DNA of 63,054 nucleotides, counting the filler, from Sphacelaria rigidula (taxonomy: Eukaryota): assembly GCA_964200075.2 (NCBI GenBank). It is 9 parts of 9 records of this genome, joined end to end, with 100 filler letters (N's around TTAATTAATTAA, not from the genome) between each part and the next. Parts side by side here need not be neighbours in the genome. Positions count along the whole stretch, not along the records: positions 1 to 6,918 come from CAXNAA020017409.1; positions 7,019 to 13,936 come from CAXNAA020017410.1; 7 more parts are not named here. One strand, written 5' to 3'. Each line of letters opens with the position of its first letter. The stretch's first letter is position 1. The notes under the pieces were generated by a model. That model did not search any database, was not told the origin of the DNA, and worked only from the letters and a program-made list of their open reading frames with translations. This document shows, piece by piece, positions 1 to 11,514 of the stretch. A program made the translations under genes and the position numbers.

Positions 1-125
1 GAAAGGGATGCGTGGTCAATGGTCAAACAACTAAGGCAAGCAACAAATGACTACCCCCCCCCCCCCCCCCAAACCCCTCCCTTCAGGATGAGCCTTAGAA
101 AATCAAGGGATCAAGCCATCTTCCT
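1..125 (+). repeat. Dispersed repeat family with core GAAAGGGATGCGTGGTCAATGGTC..ACTAAGGCAAGCAAC followed by a poly-C run
   Basis: The same core recurs at ~32345-32405 (-), ~33810-33872 (-), ~36532-36600 (+), ~46030-46080 (-) and ~56267-56390 (+). Associated motifs GGGATCAACCCATCT and ATGACTATGGCATGCATGATCATGAGTACACCC occur at ~26105, ~41972, ~43570, ~56348 and ~56740. Confidence 0.8.
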
Positions 126-1289
126 CTTGTTACTTGTCTGACATTTTCCTTGTGGAGCATTGGATTAGCACTTCCGCAACCAGCCGACCATATGTCGAAT
201 TCGTCCCCTCAGGTCTCCACGAGTTCTACGGCACCAACCGGTTTAACCCTTTAACCGCGACGACGGATAATGTGGATATTACGTCCATTTTTTGTAGTGA
301 AAATCGGTGACAATTGAACAGATGACCAGATTGCCAACCTCTTACGACGTAGCCACTCACCGAATCCCGACAGGTGTATTCGCAAACAGGGAGCCGTCGT
401 TTTTTTTGTGTTCCCCTCTTTCGACGCATGTTATCTGTACAGCCTATCTCTGATTTTGGTCATGTTCCATCAGGAAAAGATGAAATACCATATCTCTTTG
501 CTCGGCTTTTACCGTACGACCCGTGATTACAGGGAAGGAGCCAATCATTTTCTGTGGGCTGTTACTGGTAGCCCGATTCTTATGGTCCGAAAAAGAAGAA
601 CACTTCTGGAATACTGCCTTTTTGACCCTTCTTTGTCGTTCAACGCCTGGAAAGAGGGCTGGTCGATTGTTGACACCTTCAAAAAGGATTTGCTATAGTC
701 GTTGAGACGGTCCGAGGGCATCTTTGCGTTTTCCGGGGACCTTGGTAATATTTTTGGAGGAGCTTACAATTTCTTCGACAGGCGGCCAAAGCCCGAAAAT
801 AACGCGCTCCGCCCGTGTAGTGTAATTCAGTGCGTTTTATTGAATTTCAATGCAGAGGTTGCCCTTTGAGTGTGGAGCCGATACTATGTACCCCCAAAAT
901 GATGTTCCTAGTAAGGCTCAGCTCAGATGATATTTTTGGGGAAATATCTCGGAAAATCCCCGATCTGCTCCAAGGTCAAACTTCGTGCTCCGGAAAACGC
1001 GCAAGTGTGTGGACCCAGAAAAAATCACGTGGACCCGATACAGAGAAGGAAAAAAACTGTTCATCTTGTGAGTTCCGGTGCCGCAGGCGACCCTTCGAGC
1101 CACTGGAGACAGGGCGTATGTGTTTACAATCGTATGCGCCTACAATCGTATGTGCCTTCAATTGACCGCTTCAAATGCATAGTTATTTATGACATTTACT
1201 CCTTTTTGTCTGTAGAATGGGGTCCGTACATACATACCGAAATGACTACAAGCGTGAGAAGCGGTGAATTATTAAATAAAATACTTTCA

Positions 1290-1520
1290 ATTCCGAAATG
1301 TCCTTCCAGGCCTTATACGAGGCCTAATTCGCTTTCTGTATTAGCTCGCCACTGAAGCCTTCGATATCCCTGAGCAGGATATCGACCTGTAGCTATCAGC
1401 ACACGACAATATTTCAGGCAAAGAAAAAGCACACACAAAATGAGAAAATGGTCGAGATGAAGCGAATGATCAAACTTACTCTCAATCAACGCTAGACTTT
1501 GAATCTCACGAAAACATTGT
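1290..1520 (+). repeat. Diverged direct repeat, second copy at ~2643-2870
   Basis: Shared blocks in the same order: CGCTTTCTGTA, CCACTGAAGCC, GATATCCC, AGGCAAAGAAAAA, CTCAATCAACGCT, TCACGAAA. Confidence 0.7.
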
Positions 1521-1789
1521 CATCTGTGTTTGGTCCAACCCTGCGGATGGCATGCAGCACCTATTAGGTTGACTGTTGTACACGATAATATGGCGTTTAA
1601 GACTACACAAAAGAAACTATTTTGCCTCAAAACGGCACAATTTCCGACTGGACGTAAGTAATTGGGAAAACACAAAAAAAATCGTCCTCACTTCGAAATT
1701 CTTCAGGCAAATCAAAATGGGGGCACATTTAGCGCGTCGTGTCTTGGGTACACTATTGTTTCGATCGACAAGGTGCGGTGATTTTTTTT

Positions 1790-2420
1790 TTTTCGAGCTG
1801 ATAGGTCCACCGCGTTTCTGTTCCTAGTTGGCCTCAACCAATTTTTATAATTAGGGGCGCGCAGAGAAGAAGTAAAAAGCAATAAAGCTAAGCTTTCTCG
1901 ATCGAAAACATATGCACGAAAGGCGCGAAGGAATACTTGACTTTTATGCTGCTGACCACCTTGCCAGATACCACCCGTTCACTACCACTTAGCTACCACC
2001 GCAACCCTGCTGCATAGAGCAGGACTTGACCACATAGATAGATACACTGCAGTAGTTGGGTATGCTTTGATAATTTTTGTCGGCGAAAACTTGAGCATTT
2101 CTTTTTATGGTAGGAGTCAGCGACGGAACTGCGTGGTACACGCTCATGGACTGTTCAAGCAGTACAAAGCTACACGTTGTCTCAGTCGTTTTCACGTCGC
2201 ATTGTAAGCGGAGAGACAAAGAGTCCTCAGCTTTCTGTGCTGCACGTTGCCCGCTTCTCTTTCACATCCTACTGTTGGAAACACAGACACTCACTCAGAC
2301 AAACTGCATGTAAACAGTGTAGACAGTATAGGCTATCTGTACTGTACACAACCGATCAAGTACCGTTTTACAAATTTCACTCTCTTTTCGATCGAAAGCT
2401 TGAACATTCACTTGGACTTC
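1790..2420 (+). mobile_element. Internal part of a non-autonomous DNA element, homologous (reverse complement) to ~13100-13830 on the next scaffold
   Basis: Shared motifs TTTTATAATTAG, AAAGCT.AGCTTT.TCGA.CGAAA, TTGGCGAAAACTTG.GCAT and GTTGCCCGCTTCT are collinear between the two scaffolds. Confidence 0.65.
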
Positions 2421-3062
2421 ATAAGAACGAGTGAATGTCGCTGAAATCCATTTCAGCGTTCCTTTTCCTCTATGGAAAAAAATGTGCTTGTGCGCCCCCT
2501 TAGCCAGCGCCCGTGTCGAAGAGAAGATAAAGAAACAAAAACGGTTTCGCATCGTTCGACCATGTACCAAAAGACGACTCTCAACAAGGTTTTCGTGAGA
2601 TTGAGAGTGAAAAGCGGTCAAGTGATGAATGAATACTTTCAGTTCCGAAAAGTCCCTCCACGAGGCACGATACGCTTTCTGTAGTAGCGTCCCACTGAAG
2701 CCCTTGATATCCCGGAGTAGGGTATCGATGTGTAAAGCTGTAAGCACACGCCAATGTTATAGGCAAAGAAAAACACGCAGGATGAAGAAATGGTCAATTT
2801 AAAATGAAGCAAATAATATAACCCACCCTCAATCAACGCTCTACTCTCAGGATCACGAAAGCATCGTTTCCCGCCTCATCCATCGCTGTACTGTTGTAGT
2901 TAGCATTCACCACATAAAGCCCACGGGACACCAGATTCAGTCATCTTTTTTTCATAGTGATGGTACCGTTTCTGATCACGCCAGCATCTTGTGACTGCCA
3001 TTTCGACTTGTTTGGTGCCTTCGGACCCCTGGGGGGTCGTTTGAAGTGCGACAATCTTCCCC

Positions 3063-3325
3063 TCGTCACTAGCACCGGCCGCAACCATGCGCACCTGCAT
3101 CATCGAAACTTTTGCCTTCCTTTCTGCCGTTCACAAACACGAACGACCAAGACCACCGGAAACACAACGATCACCCCGAGAGATATTTCCGAATCCACAA
3201 TCCGCACCAACGACCAACGTCCAGGGCCATCCCAAATATACTACGACCACCCCGAAGAACGTTTCCGAATTTTCGAGGCTACCCACAATGCGCGCCAACA
3301 ACCTGCACCTCGAGAACCTTCCCCA
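3063..3325 (+). repeat. Dispersed repeat, inverted second copy at ~5415-5600
   Basis: GCAACCATGCG..ATCGAAAC, ATATTTCCGAATCC and ACCTGCACCTCGAGAACCT occur in both copies in opposite orientation. Confidence 0.7.
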
Positions 3326-3629
3326 ACTACCCCGTACAGTGGATACCACCACTTTCTTTAGAATGACTCTTGAACTATTGATTTTACATCATTTCAGTGT
3401 CAACCTCGAGATTCGGATCTTTAGTGGGGCTAACAGTCCCCAGTGCCCTAGCGTGCACAGAACACGTTTTCGTTATGCAATGTGACCAGTTACCCTGCCC
3501 CAACAACCTGAACGCAAAAAATCAAAACTTGTACTTCTCTACCTACAGAACAGTTGAGGTTAGTTCACCACTTGGGAGGGTGAGATATTTATCAGAAATT
3601 CATAACTTCGAAAAACTATAACACGAACA

Positions 3630-3827
3630 CGAACCCTAACCCCAACGAAGGCACACCGAGAACCCTCGGGCGAGGGATTGGAGAGTGTCACCTAGGCCAA
3701 GGGTGCGTTGCTAGACCTCAAATCGGCGTCGCAGGCGCCGAGTTCGCCATAAACGCGTTCTGCGCAAGCTAGGAGCACGCTTGGAGCATAGCCCTAATAA
3801 AGATCCGGATTTCGCTGTTTACACTAA
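3630..3827 (+). repeat. Dispersed repeat starting with an AACCCT-like tract; copies at ~6050-6270 and ~42800-42980
   Basis: Shared ACCC(T)(A/G)ACCC..AAGG start and (AACGC)GTTCTGCGCA motif. Confidence 0.6.
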
Positions 3828-4164
3828 CCGGTCGCCCTGGTGGCTAAGCTGGTAATGTCGAAACCTTTTGACAGTTGGGACGTGAGTTCAAATCTCGGAG
3901 TGGTGGATTTTTTCTCACACCATGCCCAACAGTGGAGAGCGACTATGTCGTGGGTACACAAAAGCCGACTCTACGGTGGACGAGGGAAAGGGACTGCTGA
4001 ACCCCTCTCGTGATGAAAAATGAAGGGAATCACCGCAGAAGGAAGGTGGCTTACTAAAAACAAATGAAGAAGAAAAAGCTCCTTTGTGACCGCGACTGGT
4101 GCGCCCACATATAACGAAAGGTGTAGACTGGCGTCCAGAAGAGAAGGGACGACAACACACGCAC
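3828..4164 (+). mobile_element. tRNA-derived SINE, copy 1
   Basis: Head GGTCGCCC.GGTGGCT.AG.TGGT (Pol III A box) and GAGTTCAAATCTC (B box). Conserved body CCCAACAGTGGAGAGCGA...GAGGGAAAGG...GAAAGGTGTAGAC and a (CA)-rich tail. Five copies in the window. Confidence 0.85.
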
Positions 4165-5601
4165 TAACAACAAGTCGAACTATCTGAGAAATTTCTCACC
4201 CTCCCAAGTGGTGAACTATACTGGAACAGTTGGTGACGCGTACTGTTTATTGGATCGTGTGTCACTCTCTCGGAATATAATGTGCTTCTACCCTTCACCC
4301 CCAACAACTGCCAGCAACAGATGAGTGATGGGGTTCTCGGTACGGCATATTTTTCGACCAAGGGTTCTCGGTATGCCTTGAGTTACCGTTAGGGTTAGAC
4401 CCGCCTCAAGAGTGCGACAAAAGGTTATCGTGCGACAAAAAATCAACCAATCAATCAAACTGGAACCCAAGTATTTGGCTGACGATGACTTGAACCATGT
4501 TATTTTTGATACTCGAGCCAAGGTCCTGTTGATCACATTGAATCCCATACCTCTCTCACAGGGATACCTTGGGCGTGGAAGTAATATTGTGCAGACGTCA
4601 TGATCCAAAAGTGGTACTGTAAATTTCGTACCCCCCGTCAACATGGGGGAGACGCCGAAATCGGTTCCCGTGAACTAGTGCTGTTTCTCGGTATCCTAGG
4701 AAAAGGATGTCGTTAGATCACGTGCGCCTGTGCTCGGGCAATTTACACGTACAAGCAAGCGCGATTGCACAGCGAGGGGCCTCTACAGTTCTTGTATGGA
4801 CCGTAGCTTCAAATAATCAGCGTGAGCTAGGTTCGGTAGTACCTTGCTGGGTCAACCTACCGTTTATTCCTTGTCTTCATCTTCTATCGTCATCTGGACT
4901 TCACCTGCACAAGATGAAACGAGCTGACTCGGCTCAAGAATTATTCTGCTGAAATTTGGTATTGGGGCGCTAGTTCAGGGGTGGAAATCTCTTCTTCAAA
5001 CCTCGGAAGATGCGTTTGCCTGTTTGTTTTTTGCCCGAGAGGATCTGATTTCTGCTTTTGAAGACTGGAGAACGTGAGTGTTGGCGTTTTGAGTGTTTTC
5101 ATTACATATATATATATATTCTGAGTGGCATTCTACACCTTTTTGGACATATGCAGCATGTGTAACCCCGGTTGATGCGCACACACACCATTTGAGTAGC
5201 AAAGAGATTTTCGGCGTGATTCCGACGCGGGCCGGAAGTGCTGATCCAACCCGCGACACCGAAATGTAAACCTGTACGGTGGGAGAGATAGTCCGTCCTG
5301 ACACCCTGAACACTACTACAATGTGCTGTACAGCGCTACTCTCCTGGACAGCACAACATCACGAACGATAAACGAAACGTTTTGATGATCTTGTGAGGCA
5401 AAGATTTTGGGGCTCGGGGCAGGTTCTCGAGGTGCAGGTCATTGGTGCGGATTGCGGGTAGACTCGGGATTCGGAAATATTTCTCGCTGCCGTCGTTGAG
5501 TTCCCCCTCACCTTGGTTGTTGTTCTTCTGAACGGCAAAAAGAAGGGGGTAACAGTTTCGATTATGTAGGGTCGCATGGTTGCGAGTGGTGCTGGTGACA
5601 A

Positions 5602-5944
5602 GCGTGTCCCCAGTCTACACCTTTCGGTATATGTGGGCGCATCAGTCGGGGTAACATAGAGGGAGGAAGGTCAACACAGGATTTTTTTTATCCTTCATTT
5701 TGATCAAGCACTTCATCTCCCTTCTGCGGTGCCACCCTTTTTTTATCGCGAGAAAGGTTCAGCGCTCCTTTTCCCTCGTTGACAATGAAATCGAGCTTTG
5801 TGTGTACCCGCGACGTCATCGCTCTCCACTGTTGGGCCTGGCGTGAGAGAACATCTCACTTCGTGTGACTTCACCTAGATCCAAACCCATGTCCGAACTG
5901 TCAGAAGGTTTTGAGGTTACCAACTGAGCCACTGGGGCGACCGG
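5602..5944 (-). mobile_element. tRNA-derived SINE, copy 2
   Basis: The reverse complement reads CCGGTCGCCCCAGTGGCTCAGTTGGTAACCTCAAAACCTTCTGACAG...CCCAACAGTGGAGAGCGA...GAAAGGTGTAGACTGG. Confidence 0.85.
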
Positions 5945-6918
5945 CTCTATACAAAAGTCGACTGTTTGTGGTGCACCGCAGGCTTATCTAGCCTACAATG
6001 GTACAGCGACGGATGAGGCGCGAGGAGATAACGCTAATCCCGGCTCTGATCCTACCCTTACCCCTGACCCAACCAAGGCGCATGAGAACCTCAGGCAAGG
6101 GATCTACGAAGTATTCTCTAGGCAAAATATGGCGTTGGTAGACGTCGAATACCTCAGTTCGACTCCTGCGGCGCCGATTTAGACAAGAACGCGTTCTGCG
6201 CACCCTAGAAGCACTTGAGCTTGTAAGCCCCCAATAAATTCCCAAATTTCCGTGTCATCACTCAAACCGAATAAAATAACTATTCAAAGAGCCATTCTAC
6301 CAAGCGGTGATATCCACCTATTGGGCGCAAGTCCCCTTTTCGTGCACGTCTGCATGAGGGAAGGACATGATATTTCCGCTCTTTCCTCTTGGACACACGG
6401 GTGGTACATATTCCCTGGATTGATGGACCTCAAGAATTCCGAATGAAGACAGTACAGTGTTCTGGTCGCGTTTCACCAATTCCGTATTATTGTAGAAATG
6501 TTGTACCGTTGCAGGCAAGTGCACCCTGCCTCTGAGCTCTCCCAGCGTCGGATAATGTGGCTCCCTCAAGCAGAGGCTGTCTCATTGCTTGTGGCACATG
6601 TTCTTCGAGCAGTATGCTCCACTACGATGACTAGCATTAGGTGCATGACGTGGTGCGCAAAGCTGTAGAGCCCCTATGCAGTCTGTGCTGAACGGTACTG
6701 TAGTAGTAGCGGTGGTACACAAATGAAGAAATAATCACTAAATACGAGCTGGGCTAGCAGTAAATCCCGCATTTGCTCATCACACCACAACTTATCAAGT
6801 TTACGCGCTTAGGACAAATCATCACGACTAAGAATCACCAAATCCACGATTTCGTCCGCCTGATTGCCCAACAGGGAGAAACAAGTTGGCCGCCGGTCCA
6901 AGGGGTCTCCACGCAACT

Positions 6919-7018
6919 NNNNNNNNNNNNNNNNNNNNNNNNNNNNNNNNNNNNNNNNNNNNTTAATTAATTAANNNNNNNNNNNNNNNNNNNNNNNNNN
7001 NNNNNNNNNNNNNNNNNN
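6919..7018. other. Artificial scaffold-joining linker (44 N + TTAATTAATTAA + 44 N); identical linkers at 13937-14036, 20954-21053, 27971-28070, 34988-35087, 42005-42104, 49022-49121, 56039-56138
   Basis: Eight identical 100-bp linkers recur every 7017-7018 bp. TTAATTAATTAA gives stops in all six frames. The segments between them decrease monotonically in length (6918 to 6916 bp). Confidence 0.97.
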
Positions 7019-7034
7019 TTTCGTGCTGGCGGGG

Positions 7035-7072
<38 letters not shown>

Positions 7073-7218
7073 GATCGCGGTATCGCTCGAATATAAATGG
7101 AAACGCTCGCAACGTGAAGGGCACATGTATCATCAATAACATGCTTTACACTTCTGTGTGTGTATGCATGCACCGGATGCTCTGTGTGAATGTGCTACTC
7201 GCTGTGGGCCGTGTGAAG

Positions 7219-7304
7219 ATGGGTATGACTGTGGATGCGGAAGGCTTCGAGCAGGAGATGCTGGGGCAGAAGGTTCGCTCCAAGGAGGCCGCAGCTGCGC
7301 GCAG
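7219..7304 (+). CDS. AARS: Internal exon of alanyl-tRNA synthetase (tRNA-recognition helical region)
   Basis: AG|ATG...CGC AG|GTGTGC encodes MGMTVDAEGFEQEMLGQKVRSKEAAAAR, matching the AlaRS motif (AEE)xGxxVDxxGFExxMxxQxxRS that follows DTYGFPxDLT. No other exons were identified on this scaffold. Confidence 0.72.
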
Positions 7305-8029
7305 GTGTGCTTTTTGTTTTTTCAATGTAATGTATTGTTCTCTGTTCTTGTATCTACCCTTCCCTGTCCTAAAAATAGTTTGACGCGAGTTGAGGAGGTG
7401 CGGGAGTGATTGCTGATAGTCATGATCCAATCCTCAGGACCAAAATGCACGATGTGTACCGCGGAAATATGGGTTTTTATTTATTCTTCCAAATCACCGA
7501 CTTGTCCCGAGGGAGGGGAAGGGTTGGGAGTGTGACGAAAAAAATAAAAAAATACGATTTTACGATATAGGTGAAAAAGTCCGGGTGAGGTGGATCCCCC
7601 CTCTCCCAAGATAAGGGCCAGGTACAGTACAGAATGAGAGGAGTGAAACGAACAAGGTTTTCAAGTCATAATCCAGCATGAGAGGAGATTGGTGGAAAGT
7701 CACGGGAAAGTTTGACTTGTGCGAGAAAAATGAAGTGTGTGCTTGTACTATTGTTGTTTCTCACATTAGCACTTTTTTCCAGAGATGTAGTACCCGTGGT
7801 CGCGAACCCTTTGCACAGAAACACAGAATAGAAGGAAAAAAAAGTAAGAAAAACAAATCGCTGGCTACATGGTTCGTGGAACGTGGGAGACCAAAAGGTC
7901 GTCGAGGGGGAGGGAAACTGGATGGTTCGTCATACCGAAGAAGTCAGGACAGGGCAAGGGAGGTAATAAGACGCCGTTAAGACAACGCGACGAAGGCCAC
8001 AGGGTGATTCATAGGACCCGATTAAAAAC

Positions 8030-8410
8030 AGGCTTGCACACGCGGCCATTCGGCTACCCCGGAAACATACTCTATTCCGGTCAACTTTTCGAGCCTCCAG
8101 AGGAATTGAACGCCTCCAGAGGGTGCGCGGTCCTCAAAACGCCTCCAGAGGCTTGTTTTGCCTCGGAGGGCCGCGCATTCCTCCGGAGGAATCTGGAGGA
8201 TGCGCGGCCCTCCAGAGCATCATCTTTTTTGTTACTCTCGAGAGGGATTCAGACCTGACAAGTCACAGGAGCATCAGATGCCCTCCGGAGAATTCGTTTA
8301 TGACCGAACCTGGGGATGAAATGCCCTCTGGAAGCTAGTTAACCCCCGAGAGGATGAACATCGCGATAGAGGATTTTTATGGGGGTAGCCGAATGACCGC
8401 GTGTGAGCCT
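8030..8410. mobile_element. MITE with ~30-bp terminal inverted repeats
   Basis: AGGCTTGCACACGCGGCCATTCGGCTACCCC ... GGGGTAGCCGAATGACCGCGTGTGAGCCT, with internal CCTCC(A/G)GAG repeats. No clear TSD. Confidence 0.75.
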
Positions 8411-8573
8411 ACATAAAAGGGGAAACGTAACAAACGACACTGCCCAGAACAGAACAGGACGGCACAGGACAAAATATATAATGTAAAATGTGGTCAAATC
8501 AGGGTCACACAAATAATGATTTGTCCGATTACGTGCTTTTAGTGTATTTGATTCGTACCGTACGAATCAATCA

Positions 8574-9009
8574 ACCCGTGGGGCTTTGTTGTCAGCGTCG
8601 CTCTCCAGGTGCGCGCATCCGCAGGTGCACCTGGATAGAGCAAATATTGCGTACAGCAGACGCTTTTGACACGCGGTCAACTTTTGTGTGTGTGTGTATG
8701 TGTGTGTGTCTCTCTCTCGAGCAATCAGGCTTCAGGAATAGTAGAGAGTTGGTGACTGGGATTGTTAAGGAATACATACTTTATACCCTGTACTCTACCG
8801 ATTAGGTAGATTCGTCGGTAGGCAGGTGATTTCCAGGAATAAGAGTTATTATTCAGGAAAAAGAGACTCCGAGAATACCAGGTGATTTCCCACCAATTTC
8901 CCCAGCGAGCGGGAGATAAGCACGGGTGATTTCCCTAGCGATTTTCTAGACGTCAGACGATAGGAAGGTAGATCGAGGCAGGCAAACGCTGACAACAAAC
9001 CCTAGGGGG
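8574..9009. mobile_element. Degenerate MITE-like element
   Basis: Inverted ends GGG(C)TTTGTTGTCAGCGT (~8580-8598) and ACGCTGACAACAAACCC (~8986-9002). Confidence 0.55.
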
Positions 9010-9397
9010 TGACGGGCACCAGCCGCACCACNNNNNNNNNNCCTCCTCCCCTTGCCCGGTAAAAATTAGAGAGAGATGCCCGGCGACGCAACCCCCCCCC
9101 CCCCCCCCCCCTTCTGCTCACTTCCTTCCAACTTCCTTTCTGACAGCTAACTCAGTGATGTCCACGTGTACTACTCGGTATAGCAGAGCATAGAACGCCA
9201 AGTATATTTCCCTGCGCAAGTGGGTATTGAGAGTGACCGGGGACTATCACGGTTCTTCGATAATATTGAGACTTTTTCAATCGTCTCCATCATGGAGACA
9301 CGCTCGACTGCTGTCTGAGCTACACATTTCTTCATCGTCAGAAACTGGGAAGCCGTGTTCACATCCGTTAACCTCATCGAGTTTTAGGCTACTTGAA

Positions 9398-9533
9398 CCC
9401 TTTGGGAACCCGCTGGTTAGCGATTTTTGTTTTTGTCAATCGGCATCAATTTGATTCCTTGAAAATTAATGAAGAAGAATAATGATGCCGATTCACAAAA
9501 ACAAAATTCGTCAATCAATGGGTTCCAAAAGGG
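9398..9533. mobile_element. Small palindromic MITE with piggyBac-like ends
   Basis: TGAA|CCCTTTGGGAACCC ... GGGTTCCAAAAGGG|TCAA, with internal arms TTTTGTTTTTGT..ATCGGCATCA / TGATGCCGAT..ACAAAAACAAAA. Confidence 0.65.
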
Positions 9534-9690
9534 TCAACACGGACCGACGATGATTGGTCAAACCCTTGTAGTAAAGGCAACAAACCAAGACAAATCGAAA
9601 CCAAAAAAAGGAACAAGATGCATGGCGAGGAAGGTGGAAGGAAAGAAAGAGGAAAAAAAAAAGAAGGGGAAATGAAAAGGGGGTGGTATC

Positions 9691-9701
9691 GTCAGTCAGT
9701 C

Positions 9702-9734
<33 letters not shown>

Positions 9735-9738
9735 GTCA
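9691..9738 (+). repeat. (GTCA)n microsatellite
   Basis: Tandem tetranucleotide run visible directly. Confidence 0.95.
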
Positions 9739-10268
9739 CGAACGAGCTCCGTGGCTCCTCCATCATCTTCGTTTCTTCTCTGGCAGTGGTGCAGTGGTGC
9801 TGCCCTCCGCTTCCCGATGTCATTTTGTTCCTGCTTCCGTCCCCGTTCCTCGCTCAGCTTTCTTTTCGGCCCGTCATCAGCTCCGCTCTCTGCCTCGTCC
9901 GTCCGTTTGCTTCATTTCTCGCTCTCTCCAAACGTCGCTCCGCAGATGCTTCGTTTTCTTGTCCGTGCCATTTCGCCGTGGCCCATTTCATCATCCTTTT
10001 ACCACCTTGCCGTATTATTTTTCTCCAAATTCTTTGGCGCTCGTTTTCCACCCCCCCCTCCTCATTCTCTTCATCCATATGGAAGAAAATGAAGGTCCTG
10101 CTCTAGGCATTGCATCCAGCCGAGCGGTGTGTGTGTATGTGTGTATGTGTGTGTGGAAATGTCACAACGTTGTGCGCTGACTCTAATTTTTCCGCTATGC
10201 TTTCTTGTTATCGTTACTGTGGTGTCAAATCCAGACTGTTCTACAGCATGGGTGGTACAAGAAGCTTC

Positions 10269-10598
10269 AAAGCTTTTGTTCCGCAGGGTACGATTTGTTT
10301 GCATACTCGAGGGTATTCACCCGGGTATTACCCGTACCCGAGAGTTCTGGGAGTTCTGTAAGCCTCTCATGCCGGTGTACCCCAGAGTTCTGTAAGGTCT
10401 GAAAACGAACTGTTTACCCCCACCGGGGTTCCGGGCATACTCTTGTAAAAATACCCGGTTGGGGGTTCGGGTTTCTGCGCAACCAACCTTCATACCGTGT
10501 ACCCGACAGGTTCTGTAAGCTCTCTGTAAGACTTTTACACCAGTACCCGACACATCTGTAAATTCTGTAGGGAATCTCATACCCTACAGAACATACCC
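10269..10598. mobile_element. MITE with TACCC/GTTCTGTAAG internal repeats; same family as 43881-44241
   Basis: Ends AAAGCTTTTGTTCCGCAGGGTA ... TACCCTACAGAACATACC, with repeated GTACCCG.AG.TTCTGTAAG units. Confidence 0.7.
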
Positions 10599-11514
10599 GT
10601 GCGCTACAAACCACGACCGTGGTAGTTTTTATTCTTGGGCCTGCAATCAAAGCTTCTCTGTATCGGCCACATGGCACAGATGGTTGTACAGAAGGACAAG
10701 AAGTAGGCTTCTGAGGGGTGCTTACTATTACCGGGTCTATTTTTTCCGCCCCCAAATCTCCGAATTTTTCGTATAAAACGGGTTTTTTATCCGAAAATGT
10801 GAGGTTAGATTTTTGAAGTAGGTCAGGCAGTAGAGATCAATGTAGTCAGTGTGAAGTCGGCCTATATTTCTCGACACGGTCAAGAAGCCTATCAGTCTAT
10901 CCTAAGATTTTTCGGAAAAAAAAACTTTTTTCAGAAAGAGTTCGGAGATTTGGGGTATTCATGTAGTCAGTGTGAACTTGATCTACATTACCTGACATGG
11001 TTGAAAAATCAACCTGCATATTTTTCGTTTTTTTTTTCCACGAAAATTTCGGAGATTCAGGATACTCATTGATCTATATATTTCTGACATGATTCAGAAA
11101 TTTATCGCGCATTTTGTCGGAGCAAAACCTTTTGTCTCACGAAAAATCGGAGATTTCGGGTACTCATTAAAAAAACTTTGAAAGAACTTTTTCGCCGAAA
11201 AATTGTGAGGGTGTATTTCTCAACCATGCCAGGCAAAATAGATCAATTTCACACTGACTACAGGTTTATTCAAGTTTGCGTAGCGTCTGATTTTGTCCCC
11301 CCTAAATCTTGTTTGGGGAGAAGTCGGAGAAAAGAAATAAGAAATATACAAAAAAGGGTACACCCTGGTACGTCTGGAACAAAAAAGGATGACGCTTTTT
11401 CCGTTTTAGGGCGCTGCACGCGGGCTGAGCACCTCGAAAACACGTTCCAGCACCTCAGCCTCACGCCCAAGGTGTCTGGGCAGCACTCTACTCTCTGCTA
11501 GAAAGTAATCTTTT

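Noticed and set aside
3630..4400. Telomeric TTAGGG array
   Set aside because: Only one or two imperfect units, embedded in a dispersed repeat family.
6963..6974. TTAATTAATTAA as a biological motif or regularly spaced site
   Set aside because: It is always centred in N runs at fixed geometry, so it is an assembly linker.
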